Part shown: positions 53,349 to 64,000 of the stretch, one piece after another | Numbering within the stretch: position 1 is the first letter of the stretch | How the letters are laid out: every line of letters begins with the position of its first letter | From: Gammaproteobacteria bacterium | GTDB lineage: Bacteria; Pseudomonadota; Gammaproteobacteria; JAJDYQ01 | Reading direction: 5' to 3' | DNA: 64,000 bases | Assembly: GCA_028289815.1 (NCBI GenBank) | Contig: JAPYNQ010000063.1 | Location: forward strand, 15,017-79,016 | Program-made: the position numbers and the translations under genes | Notes under the pieces: model-generated | What the model was told of the DNA's origin: nothing | Database searches by the model: none | Seen by the model: only the letters and a program-made list of their open reading frames with translations

Positions 53349-54186
53349 AGATAATGTCGTCATAAGATGGGGAGATATGGTATTATCCGCTAGGCTATCA
53401 CTGACTGGAGAGGCCCATGACACATTCCTGCCATGGCCACGATATTTCCGATGATGTCTGAGTCTTACTGAGAACCTCAACTGCCGGGCAGAAGAGGAAG
53501 CCGGGGCAGTATCGCACACGATAACCGGTGCTTTATCAATGTGGTGTTGTGGATTTTGCGCACAGGTTCACCGTGGCGAGACTTGCCGCCCGACTATGGA
53601 GATTGGAAAAACACCCATTGGTGCTTTTGTCGTTAGCGCGATAACGGAATCTGGGAAGGGTTGCTTGAGCAACTCATCGGGGAACCGAATTATGAATGGC
53701 AGATGACAGATGCTAGCCATGTCAAAACGTATCCTCATGCGGCAGGAGCCCAAGGTGATAATCCGGCGATGAGTCGCATAGAAGAGGGGTTCAACACGAA
53801 GCTACATTTGGTCGTGGATGCGCATGGTCTGTGTCTGCAACAGGCAGGTTCATCCCGAGTACTGGTTACGCCGGGTACCGCAGCAGATTGCGAGTCGGCT
53901 TTGAACTTGATTGGGGGCATGGGTGCCAAGGTGTTAGTAGCTGATCGTGTTTTGTGATAAGGGGGATTGAACCGGTCGTTGGGCCCAAGCAGAACCGGAA
54001 AGAACAATGCGACTATGACTGTTATCCGTATCGTTTGAGGCACTTAGTGGAGAATACTTTTTTGCATTTGAAACGTTAGCGAGGTATTGCGACACGTACG
54101 CGAAAAATACCGTCTCTTTGTATGGTCGCTATTCAAATACGTTGTTTAATACTCTGGTGTAAAATCTCGTGACGATACTATCTGGC
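53349..54186 (+). mobile_element. Degraded IS5-family insertion sequence (IS427/IS1031-like), about 840 bp, with imperfect terminal inverted repeats and an inactivated transposase
   Basis: One frame (53450..53957) reads MMSESY*EPQLPGRRGSRGSIAHDNRCFINVVLWILRTGSPWRDLPPDYGDWKNTHWCFCR*RDNGIWEGLLEQL...KLHLVVDAHGLCLQQAGSSRVLVTPGTAADCESALNLIGG...LVADR. This is the IS5/IS427 transposase pattern with two in-frame stops. The C-terminal segment (YPYRLRHLVENTFLHLKR...IATRY) continues in another frame to about 54140. Inverted repeats: the left end (AGATAATGTCGTCATAAGAT) pairs with the reverse complement of the right end (AGATAGTATCGTCACGAGAT). Confidence 0.65.
53450..53957 (+). pseudogene. IS5-family transposase pseudogene (in-frame stops and a 3' frameshift)
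   Basis: See the mobile-element entry. Stops lie after MMSESY and after WCFCR. Confidence 0.65.
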
Positions 54187-54291
54187 AGGTTTTGATAAAG
54201 TTTCCTAAAAAAACCGTCATGGGCCTTGGTCGGGTCATTGAAATTTGTAATGAAGCTGTTCATGCTTCTGCAAACAGCGCTGCCATAGAAA

Positions 54292-54849
54292 CTATTCGCC
54301 GATCCATTTGATGGAGCAACCCATGCTAGGTATCTGCTTCGTTGGCCCTTGTCCTGTTTCAGCAACCAGTTTCATTGCTTCAAATAGCTCACGGCGCACC
54401 CCCGGGCTCGCGGCCTGCTTGCGGCTCTCATCCAAGCGCCCACGGTACTGAAGCTTCAAATCGGCGTTGTAGCCAAAGAAATCCGGCGTACAAACCGCGC
54501 CGTAAGCCCGGGCCACGTCTTGCGACTCATCCAGCAAATATGGAAAGCCAAAGTCGAATTCTTCTGCAATCGCTCGCATATTATCAAACGAATCCTCTTC
54601 ATACTGTGTCGCATCATTAGACATGATAGCGACACTGCGCACCCCTATCGTTGCAAGCTCACGGGTATCGCGCACAATTTTGTTCCTGACCGCCTGTACA
54701 TAAGGACAATGATTACAAATAAACATCACCAAAAGACCGCTTTTACCCGCACAGTCCTGTAATGTGCACATCTTTCCATCTACGCCGGGCAGTGAAAAAT
54801 CAACCGCAGGCGTATTAAAATCACAAACTGGAGTCTCCAGACTGACCAT
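54292..54849 (-). CDS. Thioredoxin-fold redoxin protein (CxxC)
   Basis: The CNHCPY motif in a redoxin-like context (GKSGLLVMFICNHCPY). Length 185 aa. Confidence 0.6.
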   Translation of the reverse strand: MVSLETPVCDFNTPAVDFSLPGVDGKMCTLQDCAGKSGLLVMFICNHCPYVQAVRNKIVRDTRELATIGVRSVAIMSNDATQYEEDSFDNMRAIAEEFDFGFPYLLDESQDVARAYGAVCTPDFFGYNADLKLQYRGRLDESRKQAASPGVRRELFEAMKLVAETGQGPTKQIPSMGCSIKWIGE

Positions 54850-54969
54850 GATTTATCCTCTAGAAAAATAATAAAAAGACAACAGGGCAAGCCCTGATGA
54901 AGCCAAAGTTACTATTGAAATTCTAATCCCTTCGATCAAGCAGTCAAGCCCTCGGTTTGCTGGCTCTGC

Positions 54970-56190
54970 TTAAGGAAGATTCTGTTCTTCCGAAACCGTA
55001 TAGCCTGCCTCTCGCAATGCCGATACAATCTCTGCAACATGCGGTGCATTGCGCGTCTCCATCGTGATCCCTAGTTCTGCTTCTTTTACCGGTAAATGTC
55101 GATGCAGTCGATGATGCGCGATCTCCACAATATTGGCCCCGCTGGAACCGACAATATCTGCTACCTGCGCCAGTACCCCCGGACGATCCACAATACCGAT
55201 ATTCAGGCTTGTCAGAAAACCTCGTGCCATCATCTGCCGCAGAATCACTGACGAAGCCAAGCGCAAGTCAATATTCCCACCGCACAGTACCACGCCGACC
55301 TTTTTTCCTCGGAATCGCCCACTAATCTGGCTCAAAGCTGCAATTCCTGCGGCACCTGCGCCTTCTACCAACACCCGTGCCCCGCTCAGCAAATCATAGA
55401 TCGCCGCCTCAATATCGGCCTCTTCAACCAGCATCAGCTCATCTACGTAACGGCGGATATAGTATAAATTACGCTCCCCCGGTGATTTCACCGCAATACC
55501 TTCCGCCAGCGTTCCTCCGCCGATGGGCAGAGCAGCATCTCGAATTTGGTTAAACACAGACGCATACCGGTCAACTTCCACCCCGATCAGCTCGATATTC
55601 GGACGCAATGCTTTCGCCACAATCCCAATCCCCGAAATCAGGCCGCCGCCGCCCACTGGTACCATTAAAACATCCAGTTCTGGCACATCTGTCAGCATTT
55701 CCAGTGCTACCGAACCCTGGCCACAAATCACCTCATCATTATCAAAAGGGTGTATGCACGTCAGTCCCCGTTCCTCAATTAACTCCTGCATACGACAGCT
55801 ACAATCATCCAGTGTCTCACCGAACAGCTCTACATTAGCGCCGAACGCGCGGGTCCGTTCAAGTTTTGTAAACGGCGTATTTACCGGCATCAATACCGTA
55901 GTCGGTACCCCTAGCCGCTGACCATGCCAGGAAAGTCCCTGCGCATGATTCCCCGCCGATGCTGTGATAACCCCCTGACGTCGCTGTGCTTCGGATAAGC
56001 GCAGTAATGCTGCCAGCGCACCCCGATCCTTAAACGATCCCGTGCGCTGAAACATCTCGCATTTCAAAAACAGTTCACAGCCAAATTGCTCCGATAAAGC
56101 TCGTGCCGGCAAGGTCGGGGTGCGCGTGATCGCCGGCGCAATCGCCTCATAAACCGCCTTTACCCGCTCCAGAGAAATATCTTTAACCAT
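54970..56190 (-). CDS. ilvA: Threonine ammonia-lyase (threonine dehydratase), short form with a C-terminal ACT domain
   Basis: PLP motif FKCEMFQRTGSFKDRGA and a glycine-rich loop GGGGL. The start is chosen at MVKD. The track ORF extends to 56208. Confidence 0.85.
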   Translation of the reverse strand: MVKDISLERVKAVYEAIAPAITRTPTLPARALSEQFGCELFLKCEMFQRTGSFKDRGALAALLRLSEAQRRQGVITASAGNHAQGLSWHGQRLGVPTTVLMPVNTPFTKLERTRAFGANVELFGETLDDCSCRMQELIEERGLTCIHPFDNDEVICGQGSVALEMLTDVPELDVLMVPVGGGGLISGIGIVAKALRPNIELIGVEVDRYASVFNQIRDAALPIGGGTLAEGIAVKSPGERNLYYIRRYVDELMLVEEADIEAAIYDLLSGARVLVEGAGAAGIAALSQISGRFRGKKVGVVLCGGNIDLRLASSVILRQMMARGFLTSLNIGIVDRPGVLAQVADIVGSSGANIVEIAHHRLHRHLPVKEAELGITMETRNAPHVAEIVSALREAGYTVSEEQNLP

Positions 56191-57207
56191 ATTGACCTCC
56201 AAATCCACGCACCAAAATCCCGACTAGAATACAATCTCGTACCACTGAAATCAACAAACTCGACCCTTACTATACTGTTACTACTCATTAATTCTTGTCT
56301 CTTCCGTCATTCCTTTGAAGGCAGGGAGCCATAAAAAATTCGTTAGTGTCCTGAGTGATTTGAGTGGAGTATGAGTTGCCTGCGGTGCTCTATTTTGTTC
56401 AACATATCCATTTTGAATCCTTCGGTTGAACTGCCCAGGATCAGCTTATGGGCTTTCGTGAGATCTTGCTGCTTGCCGATCTGTAGAAATTTAATATTTT
56501 CAGTGAACATTTGATAAATTAACCGGCGCAGATAGCAGCGCTACTCTACAATACAATGAAGACTGGTTAGATACTGGCCTATAAATAATTAGTTATAGTA
56601 GAAAATACAGTTTGAGATGGATGTAGGTGTATACAGTAGCACGGGCATAGAGGGGCCAGTCGAGTATATGGAAAAATCTGATAGCCTTATAATTCATTAG
56701 GTTGTGATGAAATTATATGGGAGAAAATATAGCAGGTTGTGCTGAAAAAAGTGTTTCGAAGTCTGAAAACAGTTGATAGTTGAGGATAGTAAAGTGATGC
56801 GGACTATGGTCGTGGGGCCGAATAATTCATCGGTGATGGTCAGAAGATCATCACTGGAGCAGGGCATAGTCCTGATTCGGAATGAATGGCGCATATTTTG
56901 CGTTCCGGTAGCCGAGTAATTTTCATGTGGCAATTAAGAAGTCGAGCCGTGCTTGCTGGAATGTTTCAAATGTTAATAAACAGCCTGTATAATTTCCTCT
57001 TGTTAGTGCTATATATAGTTCAATCTATTCCAGAAGTTGATGTGTTGCGGGAAGCTGTATTCGCAGCTGGTGAAACATCATTGCGTGGCGGCCTTTTGGT
57101 GCTGCTATGTCTGTCGTTGTTCGCCGGGTTTGCCTCTAAAGCTGCCGCGCAGTCACAGGTGCTTGTCAGTAATCTCGGCTAGGTAAATTACGTATCTTCT
57201 TTGGAGT

Positions 57208-60034
57208 TTGGCTTTGACCATGTCTAGGCGTTCACTACCGGTAACAGTCCCTCAGGACTACAGATTGGAAAGTGTCGAAGTGCCATTCGATGAGATACTC
57301 ACCGATGGAAATCTGAGCGCCACGATCCTGAGCGACAGCAGTGGAGTGCCGGGAGACTCCCTCGGTACCTTGACGACTCCCCGCCAATCAGGTGTGCGGC
57401 TGACATTTATAGCACCGGATGCCATCATCCTCGCCGCCAGTACTACCTGTTGGTTTGTCTTGGATGTCTGTGCAGGCAGCGCTAGTCACGGTTTTTTGCG
57501 AACCACGCTTTCTGGTAACGAGGATTCCGGTGGTGCAGCCGGCTGGAGCATTGCTGATACAACTATTCGACTAGGATCATACCTAGATGGTATCGGTGGT
57601 GGTATTGATTGGACCTTTTTGGGCGCTATAGTCACGAAAATACACACCAGCGGTTCCGTCTCTTCTTCCGTTATCGTCTTGCTCGCCCGTGACGGCAGTG
57701 GTACAGTAAAGGAAGATGATACGGTGCGTTTTACGGTGATGCTGGACCGAGTGCTGATGTCGGGCGAAATTGTCGATGTGCAGCTGGAGATCGGCGGTAT
57801 CGGCCTAACCATGGACGATTGGCGACTGATGCCTGATGACGCGAGGGCTTTAATGCCTGTGTCACCCTCAGCGATCAGATTACTAGGAGACGCCCGATGT
57901 ATGTTTTTCGGGCACAGGTGTAGAGATGGCAACGCTGGTGCTGATGGCGACCCTTGACAGAGCAAACGAGGGTAGTGGCAGTGAGACCTTCAAGATTGAT
58001 CTGGAATCGAGCGGCACAATAACGAAAAACCTTCACCGCAGTAGCCTTGTTACCAACATCGCCGCCGGTCCGGACGCTACCAATAACGGCTTCAATGTGC
58101 AGGTAAACGACGCTTCGGTTGTCTCCATGGTCGTAGATGCGCTGAGGGTATCCGAAGATGCCGGGATAGTGGGTCTGACCGTGACCATTTTTCCGGTACG
58201 TGCTGTGGACACCCGGTTATCGATTCGCACGGATAGTGTCAGCGCCTCCGATAATGCGGATTTCACTCCGGGACCGTTTTCCTTGACCATACCGGCGAGC
58301 GAGGGTACGGCTATGTTTCAGGTTCTGATCATTGAGGACCAGACAGATGAAGCGGATGAAGGCTTCAGCGTTATTGTGGCTGACCAAGGACTGCCGGATG
58401 ATGTGGCATTGGATCAGCCGGATGGTCCGGGGACTTTGCCCATGACCCTTGTTCCCATCACCGACAGTGATGCCACCGAGGTCGCGTTGACCATGCTGGA
58501 TATGTTGGCGATGGAGGGCAGAGCAGAAACACGGCTGAGATCACTCTGATACCCAGCCGGGGGCTGGTTGACGGAGAAATGTTGGCAATCCCGCTTCAAT
58601 TTGACGGCGGTATTTCTAAGATACCGATTTTATCTTGGCGCTGTCGGTCACGCCGATGGGTGTAGGTGTAACTTATAGAATGGTACGCTGATCTTTACCG
58701 GTCCGTCCACCGGCGTAACGGCGAGTGAAGCTACCGTGGTTATGGTGGCGGATGGTAATGATAGTGACTCGGAAGACGAGACCTCCATCGTCTCTATACT
58801 GTTCACCTCCGCCCTGATCCTCGTCGACATCCCGGTTCCCATCTCGGACGATATTGTTCGTTCAATCACAACCGGTATTAATGCCAGCGATAATGGCAGT
58901 TATATCCTCGGTACTTCCACCGTTACCCTGACCGTGACAGATAATGATCTAACCAGTATGACTTTGGCAGCTGATAGGTATGATATTAGTGAAGGCGGCA
59001 GCAAGGCGCTGACTATCACCCTGGGTCGAGTTCTGGTGACTGGGAGAGAGGAACTGGCCATACCATTGAGTTTTGCCGGTGCAGCCATCCGTGGTGCCGA
59101 CTACACCCTGAGCGGTGTTCAGGCAGACGGTGTACGTTATCAGAATCTTGGCGACGGTAACGCTATGGTGATTGTCACCGATCCGTCCACATTGACTGCC
59201 ACCATCGCTCTGATGACCTCTACCGATATTATGGATAAGGTCACCGGAGGGGATGTCAGCATTACCTTGGGTACGTTGGACAGCAGTTTTGGCACTAACC
59301 TAGATGGTGGTGCCAAGGGCATTGGCACGATTACCTTTACGATACAGGAGCTGCCGCTGATCGTGATCATTAGCGGCGGAGCGGCGGTTACCGAGGGCGA
59401 ACCGGCATCTTCACATTGACAAGCCTCACGTGTCGTGACCAGCGCCCGTACCATCAATCTGAGTGTGTCGGATGCTACCGATAGTGATTTTGTGAATACC
59501 GGTGATGAAGGAATGCAAACGGTCACGCTGTCCTCTGGTAACAGTGTTTCCTATGAGGTTACTATCCAGTTTGATACTAATGGCGAGGCCAACGGCGGCA
59601 TTACTGTGACGGTTGAAGACGGTACCAGCTACATTCCCGGTAGTTATGAGTGTGGCTGCGGTGGTTGTCGCAGACGATGATGCCACCAACGTGACTCTGG
59701 CGGGCATGAGTGGCAATGTCAACGAAGGTGCCAATTCTGACTTTATCTTGACGCTGGGCCGGGCACTGGCAGAGGGCGAGGTGCTGCCGGTACCGTTGAC
59801 CTTGACAACATCCGGATATGGGATTTGTTGGCCTATGGTGTGGGAGAGTTGCAGTTGCAGCAGACCTTGACTGGTGGTGACCTAGAGTCTGAGCACGATC
59901 TCAGGCAAGTGGCGATCTCTGGGGGTGTGCGCGGTAAACTGCTGTGGTATTCGCTGGAGCAGTGCGGTCCGCGGATGCGACTGTATTGCGCATTGAGGCG
60001 GACGATGACAGTGCCACCGATAGGGAGAGTATGA
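57208..60034 (+). pseudogene. Large repetitive Calx-beta-like surface/adhesin protein gene, fragmented into at least six reading-frame segments
   Basis: Fragments lie in frames 1,2,2,2,0,2 at 57208-57957, 57926-58549, 58736-59419, 59435-59680, 59613-59870 and 59825-60034. Calx-beta-like modules recur (DNADFTPGPFSLTIPASEGTAMFQVLIIEDQTDEADEGFSVIVAD; TLDRANEGSGSETFKIDL). A module of the form IPLxFxGxAxxGxDYTLSG recurs three times or more. A possible N-terminal signal peptide (LLVLLCLSLFAGFASKAAAQ) is stranded in another frame at 57061..57182. A G9 run lies at 60157..60165. Confidence 0.5.
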
Positions 60035-60515
60035 CGGTGGATACCGGGCGATCCCGTATAGGACCGGAGTAGTCTTGGCAATAACGGCAGGCAGATGGTG
60101 GGCGCACAGTGCCGGAACTGGAGTTAGGCGTACGCTATGACAGCGGTGGCACTCACGGGGGGGGGTTGGCCTAGAGTCGGGTGGTGGTATCAGCTGGGAG
60201 CTGCCAGCCAGAGGCTTGGCGCTGGGCTGGTATCTGCTAACGGCTTGGGGCGGGGTGGCGCACGGAGCTGGTTATCAAGGTGATTCGTCGCGCAGAAGAT
60301 GAAAGCGCTGCCAACTACAGCATCGGTGCGAAATTCAAGTTGCACTGGAGTTGCTCGCGCCCCTTGAAGGCCGGGCTATTCCTTATTTGATTTCGGCTTC
60401 GTTTTTGTCGCTCGACTCTCCATCTGTTAGTGTTATCATTTACACCTGTGCCTTGGAACCGCTTACCGCGGTTTGTCGAGATTTGTATCTGTTACTTGCC
60501 ATCGGGAGATACGAA

Positions 60516-61799
60516 ATGGCCGAATATGTGATTAATGGTCGGAAAATCAATCGCTATATGCTGGAACTTGGAAGGCAGGCTAGAGAGGCATCGCGCCTAC
60601 TGGCTACTGCCGATGGTGCCGCCAGAAATCGGGCGTTGCTGGATATTGCGGATGTTCTGGACGCTGGTCGTGATACCCTGATGGGAGAAAACAGCAAAGA
60701 CCTTGATGCAGGCAGGCAAAAGGGACTTAGTGCAGCATTATTGGACAGATTGGAACTAACAGCTGCCCGCGTTGATGGCATGGTTGAGGGCTTGAGTCAG
60801 ATTGCAACATTGCCTGATCCGGTCGGTGAGATTTTCAATATGAATTATCGTCCATCGGGCATACAGGTAGGGCGCATGAGAGTGCCTTTGGGGGTTGTGG
60901 GAATTATTTACGAGTCCCGACCGAATGTGACGATTGACGCCGCGGCACTGTGCCTGAAGTCTGGCAATGCTACGGTATTGCGTGGCGGTTCGGAGTCGTA
61001 CTTTTCAAATCAGGCGATTGCCGGAATCATTCAGGATGGTTTGCAGTCTGCCGGTTTTCCTGCTTCTGGTGTGCAGGTTGTGGCAACAACCGATAGAGCG
61101 GCGGTCGGGCATATGATTACCATGCCTGAGTATATTGATGTCATTGTCCCGCGCGGCGGCAAAGGTTTGATTGAGCGTATCAGTAGTAAGTCACGAGTCC
61201 CTGTTATCAAGCACCTTGATGGTGTCTGCCATGTCTATGTCGATGACGAGGCTGATCCTGAAAAGGCTTTTAATGTTTGTCTGAATTCCAAGACTCATCG
61301 CTACGGTGTATGTAACGCCATGGAGACATTGTTGGTCTCGAACAGTGTTGCGGGGGACTTTCTTCCCGGAATGGCCGATGCCTACCGGGAAAGAGGTGTG
61401 GAATTGCGTGGTTGCGCGAAGACATGTGAAATTCTTGACGATGACTGTTTGCCGGCAAACGAGGAAGACTGGAAGACCGAATATCTGGCGCCGGTTTTAT
61501 CAATTTGCGTCGTCAATGGCCTTGCTCAGGCGATTGAGCATATCTCGCAATATGGTTCCGGTCATACCGAAAGCATTATTACCGAAAATTTCAGCAAGGC
61601 ACGGCGCTTTTTACGTGAGGTGGATTCCAGTTCCGTTATGGTCAATGCATCAACACGCTTTGCGGATGGATTTGAGTATGGTCTGGGTGCCGAGATCGGG
61701 ATATCTACCGATAAGTTCCATGCCCGCGGGCCGGTTGGTTTGGAAGGATTGACTTCCGTGAAGTATATTGTCCTAGGGGATGGGACTGTCCGCCAGTAG
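60516..61799 (+). CDS. proA: Gamma-glutamyl phosphate reductase
   Basis: Aligns with E. coli ProA along its length ([31 protein letters not shown], catalytic Cys in [10 protein letters not shown]). A GGGAGA Shine-Dalgarno sits 6 nt upstream of the ATG at 60516. The track ORF starts at 60351. Confidence 0.95.
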   Translation: MAEYVINGRKINRYMLELGRQAREASRLLATADGAARNRALLDIADVLDAGRDTLMGENSKDLDAGRQKGLSAALLDRLELTAARVDGMVEGLSQIATLPDPVGEIFNMNYRPSGIQVGRMRVPLGVVGIIYESRPNVTIDAAALCLKSGNATVLRGGSESYFSNQAIAGIIQDGLQSAGFPASGVQVVATTDRAAVGHMITMPEYIDVIVPRGGKGLIERISSKSRVPVIKHLDGVCHVYVDDEADPEKAFNVCLNSKTHRYGVCNAMETLLVSNSVAGDFLPGMADAYRERGVELRGCAKTCEILDDDCLPANEEDWKTEYLAPVLSICVVNGLAQAIEHISQYGSGHTESIITENFSKARRFLREVDSSSVMVNASTRFADGFEYGLGAEIGISTDKFHARGPVGLEGLTSVKYIVLGDGTVRQ

Positions 61800-61823
61800 A
61801 GATAAGCTAGGTTTTCGCGACTT

Positions 61824-62465
61824 GTGATAATAGGATTGTATGGCGGAGCATTTGACCCGGTGCATTTAGGGCATCTTGGTGTCGCAGAAGTGGCTAGCCG
61901 GCAATCTGGTGTTGAGCGTATAATATTTGTGCCGACAGGTAATCCGCCTCACCGGAAAGATGCTCGCGCATCTGCTGAGAGCAGGCTTAGACTGTTGCAG
62001 GTGGCCGTGTCCGGTTGCGACCGGTATTCCATCAGTGACTTTGAAATCAGGAAGCCATCAAAATCATGGACGATTAAGACCCTTGAGTATTTTTATCAGC
62101 GGTATGGTCAACAGACACTTTGTCTCATTATGGGTTCAGATGTATTCGGCAAGATTGATGGCTGGCACCTTGGCAGTGAAATTTTGAATTACAGCCACAT
62201 CATGGTGATTGGTCGAGCAGGTGATGACCATCGGCTAAGCGCCACAGTTGCCAAGTACTACAGATACCATCGGGTGGCGGAATTGCCGGCAACGCTAACG
62301 GATGAAAATGGTCGGTCGCGGGGAAGCATACTCTGGGTGAATGCCGGGGTGCCCGATGTATCTTCTACGTTAGTTCGCCAGCGGATCAGAAGTGGAGAAA
62401 GACTGGTATCGTTGTTACCGTCGGCAGTTGAGGCCCTGATTCAGGATGAAAATATGTATGAGTGA
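61824..62465 (+). CDS. nadD: Nicotinate-nucleotide adenylyltransferase
   Basis: N-terminus [15 protein letters not shown] (HxGH motif). Length 213 aa. Confidence 0.9.
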   Translation: MIIGLYGGAFDPVHLGHLGVAEVASRQSGVERIIFVPTGNPPHRKDARASAESRLRLLQVAVSGCDRYSISDFEIRKPSKSWTIKTLEYFYQRYGQQTLCLIMGSDVFGKIDGWHLGSEILNYSHIMVIGRAGDDHRLSATVAKYYRYHRVAELPATLTDENGRSRGSILWVNAGVPDVSSTLVRQRIRSGERLVSLLPSAVEALIQDENMYE

Positions 62466-62793
62466 GGTGCGCAAAATTCAGCAGCTTGTCATTGACGCAC
62501 TGGATGATTTGAAAGCCATCGATCTCCTGTCTATTGATGTAAGCGGCAAGTGTTCTGTAACTGATATTATGGTTATATGCAGTGGCACATCATCACGTCA
62601 TGTGAAGTCGCTTACCGATAGTGTTATTCAAAAGTCGAAGGAGGCAGGTGTTGTCCCGCTGGGGGTGGAGGGTGAGGCAGTGGCGGAATGGGCATTAGTT
62701 GATCTTGGTGATGTGGTGGTACATATCATGCTGCCCGAGGCAAGAGAGTTCTATCAGCTTGAACGTTTGTGGCTGATTGGTGAGGCGCATTAA
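62446..62793 (+). CDS. rsfS: Ribosomal silencing factor RsfS (Iojap)
   Basis: [38 protein letters not shown] is the RsfS family sequence. Length 115 aa. Confidence 0.9.
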   Translation: MKICMSEVRKIQQLVIDALDDLKAIDLLSIDVSGKCSVTDIMVICSGTSSRHVKSLTDSVIQKSKEAGVVPLGVEGEAVAEWALVDLGDVVVHIMLPEAREFYQLERLWLIGEAH

Positions 62794-62807
62794 CAGCCTG
62801 TTGTCAG

Positions 62808-63410
62808 GTGTTAGGCGTTGCCGATATTGTGATTCGCCCGTCCCTTATACTGGCTTCGGAGTCTCCAAGGCGGCGACAGTTGCTGGAGCAAATTGGACTC
62901 GCTTTTCAGTGCTGTGCTGTGGCTGTCGATGAGTCCTGTCGATGTGGCGAACCGATAGAAGAGTGTGTAAAAAGGCTTTCTTTGCAGAAAGCCAAGCTGG
63001 CTTTTGGTTGCTATCCGGATAGTGTGGCATTGGGTGCAGATACGATGGTCGTTGTGGATGATATGGCCTTTGGCAAGCCCAAGGACCGGCGGGATGGAGT
63101 GCAGATGATAGAGTCTCTGTCAGGGCGCTTTCATAAGGTGATGACCGGGGTTGCGATTGTTTCTTGTCGTGGTGAGGATGTGACATTACAGACATCAAGG
63201 GTTAAGTTCAGGCCGTTGCTCTGTGATGAAATCGTAGCGTACTGGGAGACCGGAGAACCATGTGACAAGGCAGGAGGATATGGCATACAGGGGATTGCGG
63301 CGCAGTTTATTGAGAGTATTGAGGGAAGTTATTCAGGGGTGATGGGACTGCCGTTGTTTGAAGCGGCAATGCTTTTACGCAATCATGGTATCCACCCGCT
63401 TTTCTCCTGA
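62808..63410 (+). CDS. maf: Maf-like nucleoside triphosphate pyrophosphatase
   Basis: LILASESPRRRQLL...GKP and the Maf family sequence. Length 200 aa. Confidence 0.85.
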   Translation: MLGVADIVIRPSLILASESPRRRQLLEQIGLAFQCCAVAVDESCRCGEPIEECVKRLSLQKAKLAFGCYPDSVALGADTMVVVDDMAFGKPKDRRDGVQMIESLSGRFHKVMTGVAIVSCRGEDVTLQTSRVKFRPLLCDEIVAYWETGEPCDKAGGYGIQGIAAQFIESIEGSYSGVMGLPLFEAAMLLRNHGIHPLFS

Positions 63411-63424
63411 TGCCACCAACACAC

Positions 63425-64000
63425 TATGCAGGAAGAAATACTCATTAATGTTACGCCACAGGAAACCCGTGTGGCAGTGGTCGAGAACGGTATGTTGCAG
63501 GAGCTGTTGCTGGAGCGTAGTTCGAAGCGTGGATTGGTAGGGAATATCTATAAGGGTAAGGTACGGCGCGTTCTGCCGGGTATGCAGGCTGCTTTTGTTG
63601 ATATTGGCCTGGAGCGGGCGGCATTCCTACATGCTTCCGATGTTTTTTCTGGCAAAGAAAATGATTCCGAGGACGAGTCAAAAGCCATAACCGAATTACT
63701 GTCAGAGGGGCAGACTTTACTGGTGCAGGTTATCAAGGACCCGTTAGGTACCAAGGGTGCTCGCCTGACCACGCAGATCACCATTCCTTCACGCTATCTA
63801 GTGTTGATGCCGCAGGTTAAGTATCTGGGCGTTTCCAGTAAGCTGGAAGGAGAGAAAGAGCGCTTGCGGCTCAAGGATCTCGTGGCAGGCCAGCTTGATA
63901 AGGAGTGCAGGGAGGGGTTCATTATTCGTACGGCGGCCGAGGGCATAAGTGAAGAACAGGTAAAGGCTGATATCAGATATTTGCAGAAGCTGTGGACAAT
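63425..64000 (+). CDS. rng: Ribonuclease G, partial (runs off the right edge)
   Basis: MQEEILINVTPQETRVAVVENGMLQELLLERSSKRGLVGNIYKGKVRRVLPGMQAAFVDIG is the RNase E/G S1-domain N-terminus. Position after maf is conserved. Confidence 0.8.

Noticed and set aside
53085-53519. A 144-aa minus-strand ORF spanning the tkt start and the IS left end
   Set aside because: It crosses the IS inverted-repeat boundary and the tkt 5' region in a frame with His/Arg/Cys-rich composition. It is an artifact of the GC-rich reverse frame.

Overview
This looks like a chromosomal segment of about 50% GC from a Gram-negative bacterium, probably a gammaproteobacterium. That assignment is an inference from synteny and gene content, not from any search. 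Most of the window is housekeeping. In the same orientation it carries ntrB-ntrC, xthA, recA, an oadGAB oxaloacetate decarboxylase with an NAD-malic enzyme and an isocitrate lyase nearby, gatCAB, and a COQ7 hydroxylase next to a U32 protein. It also carries rplM-rpsI, a dacA-dat pair, prc, mdh, the cell-shape block mreBCD-mrdA-rodA-mltB-rlpA, and a tightly packed glycolysis/pentose-phosphate operon (tkt-gap-pgk-pyk-fba, minus strand). Near the right end are ilvA, proA-nadD-rsfS-maf and the start of rng.

The accessory content is limited. (1) The left edge holds a three-gene minus-strand module: a ParA-family ATPase, a beta-class SPPY DNA methyltransferase, and a BglII-like restriction endonuclease that runs off the window. 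(2) A degraded IS5-family element of the IS427 type sits upstream of tkt. Its terminal inverted repeats are recognisable and its transposase frame is broken by stop codons. (3) A 121-bp MITE-like element with 23-bp terminal inverted repeats and an 8-bp target-site duplication lies upstream of mreB. (4) A roughly 3-kb gene for a Calx-beta-like repetitive surface protein is broken into at least six frame fragments and carries a G9 tract. (5) Several broken small genes are present: a DUF1640 gene with an in-frame TAG, a split DUF3800 gene, and a frameshifted hypothetical. (6) Upstream of rplM there is a structured GC-rich stretch with no coding potential.

I found no CRISPR array, tRNA, rRNA, prophage, or multi-gene defence island that I recognise. 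The ParA-M-R module and the U32/COQ7/ferredoxin neighbourhood are the best candidates for anything new. I rate both as moderate rather than spectacular. All calls come from reading motifs in the translated ORFs and the DNA by eye. No database searches were run.
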